A stretch of 64,000 nt of DNA from Patescibacteria group bacterium (GTDB lineage: Bacteria; Patescibacteriota; Doudnabacteria; UBA920). A program made the position numbers and the translations under genes. The DNA lies in NCBI GenBank assembly GCA_036726225.1, contig DAIMCS010000004.1, forward strand, positions 21,829 through 85,828, read 5' to 3'. The notes beneath the pieces are model-generated. The model had not been told where the DNA came from and searched no databases. It worked only from the letters and a program-made list of their open reading frames with translations. Position 1 is the first letter of the stretch. Each line of letters begins with the position of its first letter. Positions 9,768-19,370 of the stretch are shown piece after piece.

Positions 9768-12700
9768 CTATATTTTTATCATACCCAGCCATATTGGCTT
9801 ACCTGAAATCTCTGCCTGGATTTCAAAATCCACCTCTACTTCCAGGCTTTTGTTAATTTGGTTTACAAAAGTTTTCTTGCGGTCAAGCCCGGAAAGCAGT
9901 GAACTTTCCAAAGATTCATCCTGGGTGTTGTAATACAAGTCCACCAGCTCCCCTACTTTAAGGCCGCTCTTTTTGCGCAAATCCTGAACCTGGCGTTCCA
10001 GTTCCCTGGCCACACCTTCTTGTTTTAATTCAGGAGTCAAATTCAAATCCAAATAAAAATTCTTAACAAACTTAGTGCCCGGCAAAACCTCCACGCCTTC
10101 GGGCCGCAAATCTTTATCCAGCAAAGCATTGTCAAGCTTTTTAACATTGAGTTCGGCCAAAATTAGTTCAACTAATTCTGAACTGAGCAATGTTTTTTCG
10201 TCCTGCAATTCAAAAGCAAAATTCGCAAGCGGTTGGCGCACGGGTAGGGATTTTTGTTTGCGCACGGCCAACCCCAAAGACACAATCTCCCTTACAATTT
10301 CCATATTAGTAAGCAACTGCCCGTCAGCAGCGTCTAGGGCGGGCGTCCAGCTTTCTAAATGCACCGAATCTTTTCCGGTAAGGTCGCGGTAAATGAATTC
10401 AGACAAAAACGGCATAAACGGAGCAAGCAGCTTTGCTAGCTCGGAGAGCACAAAACTTAAAGTAACCAGGGAATTATGGCCGTCCTCCCCGCCCAGCTTA
10501 ATTCTGTCACGGCTTCTTCTGACATACCAGGTGGATAGGTCGTTTATAAAATCTATAATTTCTTTACCCGCCCTTACGGTGTTGTAGTTATCCAAATTCC
10601 CGGTTACAGATTTATGCAATTCAGATAACCTGGCCATAACCCATTTGTCTAAAACGTTTTCTGACTGCCCGACTTTATGGTATTCCAGCTTCCTGCGCTC
10701 ATACAGCCTTAAAAAACTCCAGCAATTGTAAATTAGCGCGTTAACTTTGCGGCTTATTTCAAGTACGCCTTTTTCGCTGAAATTTAAATCTTCCCCGGTA
10801 ACTACCGGGCTAGAAAGCAAATAAAAACGCAAAGCATCCGCGCCGTATTTTTCTATCACCAAATTCGGGTCAGGATAATTATTTTTGGACTTGGACATTT
10901 TACTTCCGTCTTCGGCCAGAATTGTTCCGGTGGTAACCACATTTTTAAACGGCGCGTGGCCAAATAAAATTGTGCTAATAACATGCATAACGTAAAACCA
11001 AGCCCGGGTTTGGGGGATGTATTCCACAACAAAGTCTGAAGGAAACCTTTTTTCAAACAGGTCCTGGTTTTCAAAAGGCGCGTGTAATTCGGCAAAAGGC
11101 ATACTGCCGCTTTCCACCCAGCAATCAACAACTTCAGGCACACGATTCATTGGCCCGCCGCATTTTTCGCATTTAAACCTTATTTTATCAATGTAAGGCT
11201 TATGGAGGTCAATTTGGGTTTGGGTATCGGGATAAACCTCGGAATAATTTAAAGATTTTTCCTTAAGCTCGTTAATAGAACCCACACAAACAACATTTCT
11301 GCATTCTTTATTTTCACATTTCCAAAACGGCAAAGGCGTGGCCCAGTAGCGGTTGCGGGAAATATTCCAGTCCGGCGCATTTTCTATGCCCTGTTTAAAC
11401 CTGCCGTCCTTTAAATGCTCCGGGTACCAATTTATAGCCTCATTATTTTTAAGCAAATCGCCCTTTATTTCCTGAATATTAATAAACCAGGCAGGCAGCG
11501 CGTTATAAAAAAGCGGCGTGCCGCAACGGTAGCAGTGCGGGTAGCTGTGCAAATAACTTTCAGTTTTATAAACCAGGTTATTTGCCTTTAGCTCTTTGAG
11601 AACAATTTTGTCAGCGTCTTTAAAAAATACGCCCCGCAAATGTTCTGAAATGTTAGGCTGATTTAAATACCTGCCTTGGTGGTCCAGCATATCTTCTTTA
11701 GGCAAATTTTTCTCTTTGGCTAACTGGTAGTCTTCTTCACCATATAAAGCTGCGTTGTGGACTATGCCGGTACCGTCAGTGGTGGTTACAAAATCGGCCA
11801 CATAAATTTTGTGAGCCTTCGATGAATCTCCACTTCCGCGTGACTGCGCGGCTGCAGTGTTTTCCGCGTGATTCCGCGATGCTACAACACCCGGGTACAA
11901 AGGTTCGTATAAAAGCCCTTCCAGCGCAGCAGCCGGAAACTCTGTAACCATTTCGTATTCCCCTTCTATGACGGATAAACGGTCTTTAGCAAGAATGTAC
12001 CTCTCTTTTGTTTTTCCGCGTCTGTCCGCCGAAGCTTCAGCGAAGGCGGATGATTCCGCGCCTGTCCCGACGCTTGCGGTACGGGACTCCGATACTAACG
12101 TCGGAGCAGCAGCTTCCGCGTGATTCCGCGCCTCTTGCTCTATCATCACATAAGTTATTTCCGGTCCAATGTTGAGCGATGTATTTCCCGGCAAAGTCCA
12201 GGGTGTAGTTGTCCAGGCCAGCGCATAGGTGTTGTCGTTGGTTAAGTCGTTAATTATTCTTTGTCCTTTAGGCAGCTTGAATTTTGCGTACACCGATTCT
12301 TCCGTAACTTCGCGGTAGGAATTGTCCATAGCGACTTCAAAATTGGAAATTGGCGTTTCACAGCGTGAGCAATACAAAAGCACCTTACGGTCTTCGTAAA
12401 TTAAACCTTTATTCCAAATTTGCTTAAGCGCCCACCAGACACTTTCCATATAGGAAGTGTCCATAGTTTTGTAGGAATTATCAAAATCCACCCAGCGGGC
12501 AACCCGCTTAATGGTTTTACCCCACTCTTCTGCGTACCTTAAAACATTTTCCCGGCACTCCTGGTTAAACTTTTCTACACCAATTTCTTCAATTTGTTTT
12601 TTTCCGGAAATTTTTAGTTTTTGCTCCACAATATTTTCAATCGGCAAGCCGTGGCAGTCCCAACCCCAACGCCTGCGAACAAACCTGCCTTTCATGGTTT

Positions 12701-12923
12701 GGTAGCGCGGCACGGCATCTTTAATTACCGAGGGTAAAATGCTGCCATAATGCGGCAAACCGGTAGCAAAAGGCGGCCCGTCATAAAAAATAAAAGGCTC
12801 GCCGGTTTTGGTTTGCTCTAAAGATTTTTCAAATATTTTATTCTCGTCCCAAAATTTTAAAACCTCTTTTTCAAGGTCATTAAAATTTGGAGGACCTGAT
12901 GGTTGTTGTTTCTCTTCTGACAT
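9768..12923 (-). CDS. ileS: Isoleucine--tRNA ligase
   Basis: HIGH-type motif (PHYGSILP) and KMSKS; class I aaRS editing and anticodon-binding regions. At 1051 aa it is long because of two low-complexity in-frame inserts (see findings). Confidence 0.95.
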   Translation of the reverse strand: MSEEKQQPSGPPNFNDLEKEVLKFWDENKIFEKSLEQTKTGEPFIFYDGPPFATGLPHYGSILPSVIKDAVPRYQTMKGRFVRRRWGWDCHGLPIENIVEQKLKISGKKQIEEIGVEKFNQECRENVLRYAEEWGKTIKRVARWVDFDNSYKTMDTSYMESVWWALKQIWNKGLIYEDRKVLLYCSRCETPISNFEVAMDNSYREVTEESVYAKFKLPKGQRIINDLTNDNTYALAWTTTPWTLPGNTSLNIGPEITYVMIEQEARNHAEAAAPTLVSESRTASVGTGAESSAFAEASADRRGKTKERYILAKDRLSVIEGEYEMVTEFPAAALEGLLYEPLYPGVVASRNHAENTAAAQSRGSGDSSKAHKIYVADFVTTTDGTGIVHNAALYGEEDYQLAKEKNLPKEDMLDHQGRYLNQPNISEHLRGVFFKDADKIVLKELKANNLVYKTESYLHSYPHCYRCGTPLFYNALPAWFINIQEIKGDLLKNNEAINWYPEHLKDGRFKQGIENAPDWNISRNRYWATPLPFWKCENKECRNVVCVGSINELKEKSLNYSEVYPDTQTQIDLHKPYIDKIRFKCEKCGGPMNRVPEVVDCWVESGSMPFAELHAPFENQDLFEKRFPSDFVVEYIPQTRAWFYVMHVISTILFGHAPFKNVVTTGTILAEDGSKMSKSKNNYPDPNLVIEKYGADALRFYLLSSPVVTGEDLNFSEKGVLEISRKVNALIYNCWSFLRLYERRKLEYHKVGQSENVLDKWVMARLSELHKSVTGNLDNYNTVRAGKEIIDFINDLSTWYVRRSRDRIKLGGEDGHNSLVTLSFVLSELAKLLAPFMPFLSEFIYRDLTGKDSVHLESWTPALDAADGQLLTNMEIVREIVSLGLAVRKQKSLPVRQPLANFAFELQDEKTLLSSELVELILAELNVKKLDNALLDKDLRPEGVEVLPGTKFVKNFYLDLNLTPELKQEGVARELERQVQDLRKKSGLKVGELVDLYYNTQDESLESSLLSGLDRKKTFVNQINKSLEVEVDFEIQAEISGKPIWLGMIKI

Positions 12924-12981
12924 ATTAGTGAAATTAATTTCTGTAGGCTTCTGTAGTGTTTCTTATTTGTAGTTCTGTAGC

Positions 12982-14730
12982 TTACATTTCCTCCGGCGCT
13001 TCAACTCCGAGCAAATATAACCCATTTTTTATTACTTGGGCGGTTGCCGTTATTAAATTAAAGCGAAATTCTTTCAATTGCTCATTAGTTTCGGCAAGCA
13101 CGGGAACTTGCTGGTAAAAATTGTTAAAACTTTGTGAGAGCTCAAATAAAAAATTACAAAGGTTATTGGGAAAATAATCTTGCGTTACCTGCTCAACTAT
13201 TTCCGGAAATTTAATTAATTTTCTTAATACCGCCAACTCAGAAGGTTCTAGCTGCAAGGTGCTGGGTTCAAAACTAAAACCTGAAACCTCCAACCTTGAG
13301 CCTTTTCTTAAAATCCCATGAATTCTGGCGTGTGTGTACTGCAAATACGGGCCCGTGTTACCTTCGAAAGACAGCGCTTTGTCCCAGGTAAAAGTAACTT
13401 CTGTTTTTCGGTTGTGCGAAAGGTCAAAATATTTTATGGCTGCAAGCGCAACTTTTTTCGCCACCTCTTCCTTATTTTCCAAGCCTGCATTTTTTTCTTC
13501 TATAATTTTTAAAGCTCTTTTGTCAGCTTCGTCCAGCACACTCCTAAGACTGACGGTTGTACCTTTACGCGTAGAAATTGCGCCTTCCGGCAAGGACATA
13601 AAGCCAACATCTACATGGACGCTGTCTGAATTCGCGGGATAACCGGCCAGTTCCAAAACTTTAAAAATTTGTTTGAAGTGATGTGTTTGCCGGTTGTCTA
13701 CTACATAAATATTTTTTTGGAAATTGAACTGCTGTTTTCTGTAAGTGTAAGTTGGCAAATCCCGTAAAAGATAGGTGGTTGCTCCGTCGCTTTTAACTAA
13801 AATAGCGCGGCCCAGTCCATATTGTTCTAAATCTACATACAATTCGCCCTGCTCGCCTTTGGTAATTAATTTTTTCTCCTCCAGCTCTGCCAAAACTTCC
13901 GGCATATGCTTTTCGTAAAAACTTTCACCTAAGTTATAGTCGAACGGAAAAACTTGAAGTTCGGCCCGGTAATTTTCAAAATCTTTTAGAGATTCGTCCA
14001 CAAACCATTTCCAAAGCTTTCGGTTTTGCTCGTCGCCGTCTTCTAATTTTTTAAATTCCTGCTTTGCCGCCTCGCGTAAGCTTGGGTCTGCCTCTATTTT
14101 CGCCGACATTTCTACGTATAAGCGATTCAGCTCGGTTATAGGGTCTTTTTCTAAAGCCACGCCGTCCGGCTTTAGTGTTTTGTAAGCGAGGATAAGAATT
14201 CCAAACTGCACTCCCCAATCGCCAATGTGCGTGTCGGAAATGGTCTTATACCCTTGGGATTTAAAAATCCGCAAAAGACAGTCGCCAATAACCGCGCTGC
14301 GTAAATGGCCAATATGCGGCGGCTTGGCTACATTGTTTTGGAAATATTCAACAATTATGTTTTTGCCTTGTCCGTTTAACGAGCACCCGTACAAATCCCT
14401 TTGCTCCAAAATAGCGCTAAGGTTTTTTAACAAAAAGCTTTTGGAAAGCTTAAAATTTACAAACCCGTTCTTTTCTTCCACAGCCTCAAAGATATTTTCG
14501 GTGTCCGCTTTTTTAACCTCTGCAATTAATTTGCCACTTACGTCTTTGGTGTCAATTTTGCCCTTTTTGGCCAATACCAAAGCTATGTTGGTTGCGTAAT
14601 CGCCAAACGCGCTGTCAGGCGTGCTAACCTCAATTTTGTCCACAAAAGGAGCAGCTTTTAACTCGGCAAGCGCTACTGAAAGCAAATGGGAAAGATAATT
14701 TTTGGTTGTTTCACTCCTCATAATGTTCAA
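12982..14730 (-). CDS. argS: Arginine--tRNA ligase
   Basis: HIGH motif region (PPHIGHLRSAVIGD); Arg-tRNA synthetase N-terminal and DALR-type C-terminal domains; 582 aa. Confidence 0.95.
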   Translation of the reverse strand: MNIMRSETTKNYLSHLLSVALAELKAAPFVDKIEVSTPDSAFGDYATNIALVLAKKGKIDTKDVSGKLIAEVKKADTENIFEAVEEKNGFVNFKLSKSFLLKNLSAILEQRDLYGCSLNGQGKNIIVEYFQNNVAKPPHIGHLRSAVIGDCLLRIFKSQGYKTISDTHIGDWGVQFGILILAYKTLKPDGVALEKDPITELNRLYVEMSAKIEADPSLREAAKQEFKKLEDGDEQNRKLWKWFVDESLKDFENYRAELQVFPFDYNLGESFYEKHMPEVLAELEEKKLITKGEQGELYVDLEQYGLGRAILVKSDGATTYLLRDLPTYTYRKQQFNFQKNIYVVDNRQTHHFKQIFKVLELAGYPANSDSVHVDVGFMSLPEGAISTRKGTTVSLRSVLDEADKRALKIIEEKNAGLENKEEVAKKVALAAIKYFDLSHNRKTEVTFTWDKALSFEGNTGPYLQYTHARIHGILRKGSRLEVSGFSFEPSTLQLEPSELAVLRKLIKFPEIVEQVTQDYFPNNLCNFLFELSQSFNNFYQQVPVLAETNEQLKEFRFNLITATAQVIKNGLYLLGVEAPEEM

Positions 14731-14784
14731 TTATTATAGCATAAAATTGCTGATGTTTCATCAAAATTGTGATATTATTATGGC

Positions 14785-15216
14785 ATGCGCAGTTTCGCGG
14801 AAAATAGAAGGGCAAAATTTGACTACGACATTAAAGAAAGCTTTGATGCCGGTTTAGTTTTGTCCGGCGCAGAAGTTAAAAGCATAAAAGGTGGGAATGT
14901 GTCTTTAGAGGGTTCATACGTAAGTGTTTCGGCTAACGGAGCCAATTTAATTAACTGCCATATTGGCCCTTACAAATACGCCCCCAATGAAAAGTATAAC
15001 CCCACACAGCCACGAGCCCTGCTTTTAAACAAACACGAGATAAACCAAATGTTAGGCAAAGAAAAAGGCTTAACCGTTATTCCGTTAGAAATTTATTTAG
15101 GCAAGCGAGGGCTTTTAAAAATTAGAATCGGCTTGGGCAAAGCGCGGAAAAAAACCGACAAAAGGGAATACATAAAAAAACGAGAAGCCCAAAAAGAAAT
15201 TCGCAGCTCATACTAA
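14785..15216 (+). CDS. smpB: SsrA-binding protein SmpB
   Basis: Conserved SmpB segments (NRRAKFDY, GLVLSGAEVKS, CHIGPY) and basic C-terminal tail. Confidence 0.9.
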   Translation: MRSFAENRRAKFDYDIKESFDAGLVLSGAEVKSIKGGNVSLEGSYVSVSANGANLINCHIGPYKYAPNEKYNPTQPRALLLNKHEINQMLGKEKGLTVIPLEIYLGKRGLLKIRIGLGKARKKTDKREYIKKREAQKEIRSSY

Positions 15217-15223
15217 CATACTA

Positions 15224-15636
15224 TCATTTTATCATCTTAACATGGAACAAAAGCAAAATAATTACTTCGAGCAAATAAAAAACAAAATGGATTTATATGT
15301 CCATTTTGTATACCAATTAACTAAAAAATTTCCTAAAGAAGAGCTATACGGATGTACTTCTCAGCTCCGTCGCTCAACCCTTTCAGTTGTTTTAAACTTC
15401 ATTGAAGGCTTTGCAAGAAGAAAAATTGCAGTAAAAAGAAACTTCTGGGAAACTTCCTATGGCTCTTTACAAGAATCCAAATATTTGTTGAATTTTTGCT
15501 TTGTTGAAAAATATATTCAACAAGATGACTATAAAAAGGCGGCCGGAATGGCGGAAGAAATCGGAGCAATGCTTTGGCGTGCCTTGGAGCCTTTGTCTGA
15601 ATGATAAAATGTTAAAATGATACGATGATAAAATGA
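15224..15636. mobile_element. Small cassette: four-helix-bundle protein gene flanked by 13-16 bp terminal inverted repeats (TCATTTTATCATC)
   Basis: Left TCATTTTATCATCTTA at 15224-15239; the reverse complement of the right end (15621-15636) is TCATTTTATCATCGTA. An extra ATGATAAAATG copy overlaps the stop codon at 15601. Confidence 0.45.
15242..15604 (+). CDS. Four-helix-bundle protein (TIGR02436-like, the '23S rRNA intervening-sequence protein' family)
   Basis: About 120 aa with a family-typical core: LYGCTSQLRRSTLSVVLNFIEGFAR. Confidence 0.75.
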   Translation: MEQKQNNYFEQIKNKMDLYVHFVYQLTKKFPKEELYGCTSQLRRSTLSVVLNFIEGFARRKIAVKRNFWETSYGSLQESKYLLNFCFVEKYIQQDDYKKAAGMAEEIGAMLWRALEPLSE

Positions 15637-15854
15637 AACCGAGCACCAAAGAAAAACTATATATTTTAGTAATAATTTTTCTAATTGGCATTAGTGCCCA
15701 GTTCTATTACACTTATAGTTACGAGCCAAATAATAGAATACAAGTTTACTATAACCAGGAGCGGGCGCTAAATACGGAACTCATAAGTCTAATTCGTGAC
15801 GCGGATGAATTTGTATATTTCGGGGTTTACACTTTTACGAGAGCGTATTCGTAA
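15633..15854 (+). pseudogene. N-terminal fragment of a PLD/Nuc-family (HKD) protein, truncated by the GC-rich island
   Basis: TM/signal segment, then LIRDADEFVYFGVYTFT typical of the start of a Nuc-like PLD domain. It stops right where GC content jumps, and the matching C-terminal fragment lies at 22374-22526. Confidence 0.6.
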
Positions 15855-15948
15855 TTCCAGAATGCTTGCCTTTAGCCTAGTAGCAGCGTTGCCTGCTCCT
15901 CCTGTAAATGCGAGTGAATCGGTGAAGCGGCTTTGGCGCGAATCGACT

Positions 15949-16272
15949 TCAATGGTATGAGATTACGTATAAGACTCGGCTTCGACCCAGATCATTCACC
16001 AGCGTGAGATATCGGTGGCCTTTGCGAAACGCCTTTTCATCGACTCCAATGTGCGTCACCGGTTCCGCTTTCCGTCGCTTCAGCCCACGTTTGACCGCGC
16101 GATCCATGATGCCGTGAATTTCATCCCAACTCAGATGAAGCTGTTCAGCAACCGCCTTCTGACTGGCCACCTTCAACCAATCGATCGCCAACCGTTCAAA
16201 CAGTGCGGTGAATCGGCTACCCGGCTCCGCCCAGGAGAGCTTCACCACTTTAACCCCGTGCTCGACCGGCAA
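15949..16272 (-). pseudogene. ISL3-family transposase fragment (HTH region and start of the DDE domain)
   Basis: HIGVDEKAFRKGHRYLTLVNDL matches the start of DDE_Tnp_ISL3; TTG-initiated with a TGA two codons upstream; lacks the catalytic core and C-terminus. Confidence 0.65.
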
Positions 16273-16390
16273 ACTTCAGCGAGCTGAGGATCAGTTTTCT
16301 GTGGGGAGGGAGTGGAAGGCTCTGTTTTGCCGGAAGTTTCGTAGATTGGTTTCAGGAAAGATTGAGGGCTCACCAGTGTGGAGGAAAACA

Positions 16391-16813
16391 CTACGAATTT
16401 CGTCGCTTTATCCCATATTTCTCATACCAACCATATGTCTTGAGCCACTGATACAACGCATCTCGACTAATTCCAAGCAACTGCGACGCCTCTCCAACCT
16501 CTTTGGTTACTTCAAAAACACGGGTAATTAGCCATTGTTTTAAGAGTTTGTCATGCTCTCTAAATTCTAACTTGCCCAACCGAATGTCCTCACCTGTAGG
16601 AGCCTGTATTAAAAAGTCACGACTGCAGCTCTCGACTTGTTCACGAATCTTCATCGCGTGTCTATGGAGCCCATCATGCTCGACGACCCCCTTGAGTTGC
16701 TCCCAAATCTGAAGCTGATTCTTAGCGCTGAGGATGTCCTGAGTCTCCACGTAGGTTCGCGCCAAGTATAAGGAGAGTACGGCCCTCAATTTTGCATCCG
16801 GCATTCGAGGCAT
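16391..16813 (-). CDS. Hypothetical protein with a C-terminal Fis-type helix-turn-helix
   Basis: ASQLLGISRDALYQWLKTYG resembles the HTH_8/Fis DNA-binding motif; no AAA+ motif in the flanking ORFs. Confidence 0.35.
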   Translation of the reverse strand: MPRMPDAKLRAVLSLYLARTYVETQDILSAKNQLQIWEQLKGVVEHDGLHRHAMKIREQVESCSRDFLIQAPTGEDIRLGKLEFREHDKLLKQWLITRVFEVTKEVGEASQLLGISRDALYQWLKTYGWYEKYGIKRRNS

Positions 16814-17917
16814 AAACGAATCTTGCGGTGAAGGACCCTGCTTTCACTCCGCTGTGATGTACTTGACTCGCGATGAAGGTTGCAAAAAACAGCCTCACCA
16901 TCTCGCACGCACAATCGTGCCCTTTCAGTTTGCCCGAGATAGTCATATACCTGCGACAGGAGACAGCGCAATTCTACTTGCGGTATTAGAGCCCCGTCCC
17001 AATGGCCGTCAGCGACAGAACGAGGTATAACCCACCCAAAAAGCGAATTGGCAAGGTGCGTCGTTTCTTTTACAGCCAACCGACCGTGATGCCAGGCATT
17101 CGCCAACTTCTCGTAGGACGACTTGTGATCCTCCAGCCGGTCAGTGGTTTCTTCAGGCCATTTGACGAATCGATTTTCTTCTTTCACATGGAATCCGTTG
17201 TAGGAGCCACCGACATTTCACATCAGTTTAATCAATCACTATTGAAAACCCTTGATTTCACGATGTCAAGAAAACCTAGAGTTTGTCATTTTTGTCGACA
17301 AATCCCTTGAAGCTTTTGAGATGGCATTTGCGATAGTGTTAAGTGTTTCGGGATTGGTTGACCAGAGGCTTCGAGTCCAGCGTTCCTTGAACTTCCTCTG
17401 TCTTTGTAAAGTCCCCCGACGTTTATGGTGCTTTGGCTCGTGTTCTGGCCAGGGCAACATGTTATGAGCTTTCTGGCAGCCTGAAGCGGATGCGGTGTCG
17501 GAAAGCTTAACGTATTTCGCAATTCTTAAGAACAGGCTTTGTCCTTCGCTGGTAAGGAATTCTGTTTGTAATGGATTCGAGACAAAGACTTGACTAGCTC
17601 GTGATTTGCTATTTGCTGAATTGGTCCTTCTGTTGCTGGCAGCGTCGCGCCTTGTAGTGTGTCTGAAACTTGACAGACGTGGACTTAATGCTGTACATTG
17701 AGCGCAAGGTATTGGGATTAATTCATTTGCAAGATACTGCCTATAGTGTTCTTGTCTCTGAGGTAAGAGATTTGGTTCTTGTCGCAGTTCGGGATCTTCG
17801 GCGCTCTCAGGTCTTGCTTCGCCGGCCATGCTCAAACAGGCCACCGTTCCCCAACCCTTCCTTTAGCCCGTACCATTTCCGTTTGACGTACCCAGAAGCA
17901 GAAGGAGGAATCTTGCA

Positions 17918-18427
17918 ATGTTAGGGCGAACTGTGATCTTTACGGCCGCGGGTTTGTTGCTGTTAGGCGGTTTGACAACCACTGCCGGCTTATTAGCCAC
18001 AGCGGTTGCTGTTGGCCAGCAGCGACCCGCATGGCCGCCACCATTACTGCCAGGTTATTCGTATGCACAACCGAGACATCCTGGACATCGGTGGGCGATG
18101 GTTAAATATCGTACACCCGTTAAGTTTCAGGACGCAGCTATAGAGATCTTACTCGACTCGTCTGTTTCCACGCCTGCCCTCCGCAAGGTGGAAATTCGGG
18201 ATGTAGGCAACTCCGTGGTGGCGACGAAAGAGTGGAGCGCTACTACCGTCGAGGGAACTGTTCAAAGTCAGGCTTTCTATCAGTATCGGATCAGGGATAT
18301 CTTCTCAAGTGTTCCGCCACCGAGCGCAGCTGAAACTCGAACTCGAACTTATGTAGTTCGCATATCGGCTTTCGATCGCCGCGAGGTCATAGAAACGATG
18401 GAGTTTCGGCTGGAACTCGTCCCATAG
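17918..18427 (+). CDS. Hypothetical secreted protein (island cargo)
   Basis: Hydrophobic N-terminal signal/TM region; GC-rich codon usage; no motif recognised. Confidence 0.35.
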   Translation: MLGRTVIFTAAGLLLLGGLTTTAGLLATAVAVGQQRPAWPPPLLPGYSYAQPRHPGHRWAMVKYRTPVKFQDAAIEILLDSSVSTPALRKVEIRDVGNSVVATKEWSATTVEGTVQSQAFYQYRIRDIFSSVPPPSAAETRTRTYVVRISAFDRREVIETMEFRLELVP

Positions 18428-18540
18428 GTCGGTTAAAGAACGTTCTTTGGTAGAACGTTCTTTTTTTGGTTCTCAGTTTCCCAAGAGACCACCCTCCTTC
18501 AGCAGCAACAAGCAAGTACAGGTTTAAGAAAATATGGAGC

Positions 18541-19275
18541 ATGGAGCGGAAATTGCGTCTGCTGATTCTAAATGTAATTGTTTTACTTAGCATACTGCTT
18601 GCGAGTTTTTCTCACCGCACGGCAGAAACGCAAACACCGCAAGCTCAGAACAGCCCAGCTTCTACGCGGCCCTATTGCTATTCAATTTTCGGTAGAAGAC
18701 CGATTCCAATGGTTACGTACCAACTAATATTGTCTTCCAAGGTTGCTATGCCTAATGCCTGGACTACTGCAGTATCAAATGCAGCGACCGAATGGAATAT
18801 GGTTGGGACGGCGTTTACGCTAACAGGGGGGAATACGATTATTCTCGCGACGGACGATACTGTGATTCGCGTACCCGGCGGCAACGTTTTGATCCAAAGG
18901 GGAAATGCAATACAAGCCACTATCGCCGGTACAACTATTACGATTTCCGTCGCGCTCACAGATGAAGAATTACGTTCTACCCAAATTGGTGCGAGCGTTG
19001 CAACAACTTCAACCGAATTCAACGAACTTACTCGTGCTGTTTTCAGCAGAGAGATAGTTGTGAACGGACGGGCAAACTGGATACTAACCGGCGCTATACC
19101 CACAAACGGGTTCGACCTTCAAGGCGTGGTTGCGCATGAGTTTGGACATATCGCCGGTTTGGCAAATGTGTCATGTCCTGGGCCCGTTATGCAGGAAACC
19201 ATAGAACCTGGGCAACCACGCAGACTCACGGATGACGATAGACAAGCTCTCAGGCAAATTTATCCATCTAAGTGA
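18541..19275 (+). CDS. Secreted zinc metalloprotease-like protein (HEXXH, metzincin/snapalysin-like)
   Basis: Signal peptide after MERKLRLLILNVIVLLSILLASF; motif VVAHEFGHIAGLAN. The track ORF starts at 18466, but the internal Met at 18541 fits the signal peptide better. Confidence 0.55.
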   Translation: MERKLRLLILNVIVLLSILLASFSHRTAETQTPQAQNSPASTRPYCYSIFGRRPIPMVTYQLILSSKVAMPNAWTTAVSNAATEWNMVGTAFTLTGGNTIILATDDTVIRVPGGNVLIQRGNAIQATIAGTTITISVALTDEELRSTQIGASVATTSTEFNELTRAVFSREIVVNGRANWILTGAIPTNGFDLQGVVAHEFGHIAGLANVSCPGPVMQETIEPGQPRRLTDDDRQALRQIYPSK

Positions 19276-19370
19276 GAGAGACAATTCCCTAATCGAGAAA
19301 ACCCTTCTTGATTCATCGAAGCGTGTTCAATCGTCGCCCCGAAAAAAGGCTCTTCCGGGTTTTTAGTGGG

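Noticed and set aside
16208-17522. Multiple overlapping ORFs on both strands in the island.
   Set aside because: GC-rich DNA generates long open frames on both strands. Only frames with recognisable motifs (tnp fragments, Fis HTH) were kept, the rest are left uncalled.
17266-17844. 192-aa minus-strand ORF as a possible sigma-54 activator remnant, together with the Fis HTH.
   Set aside because: No GAFTGA, Walker or AAA+ motifs visible, so it cannot be supported.
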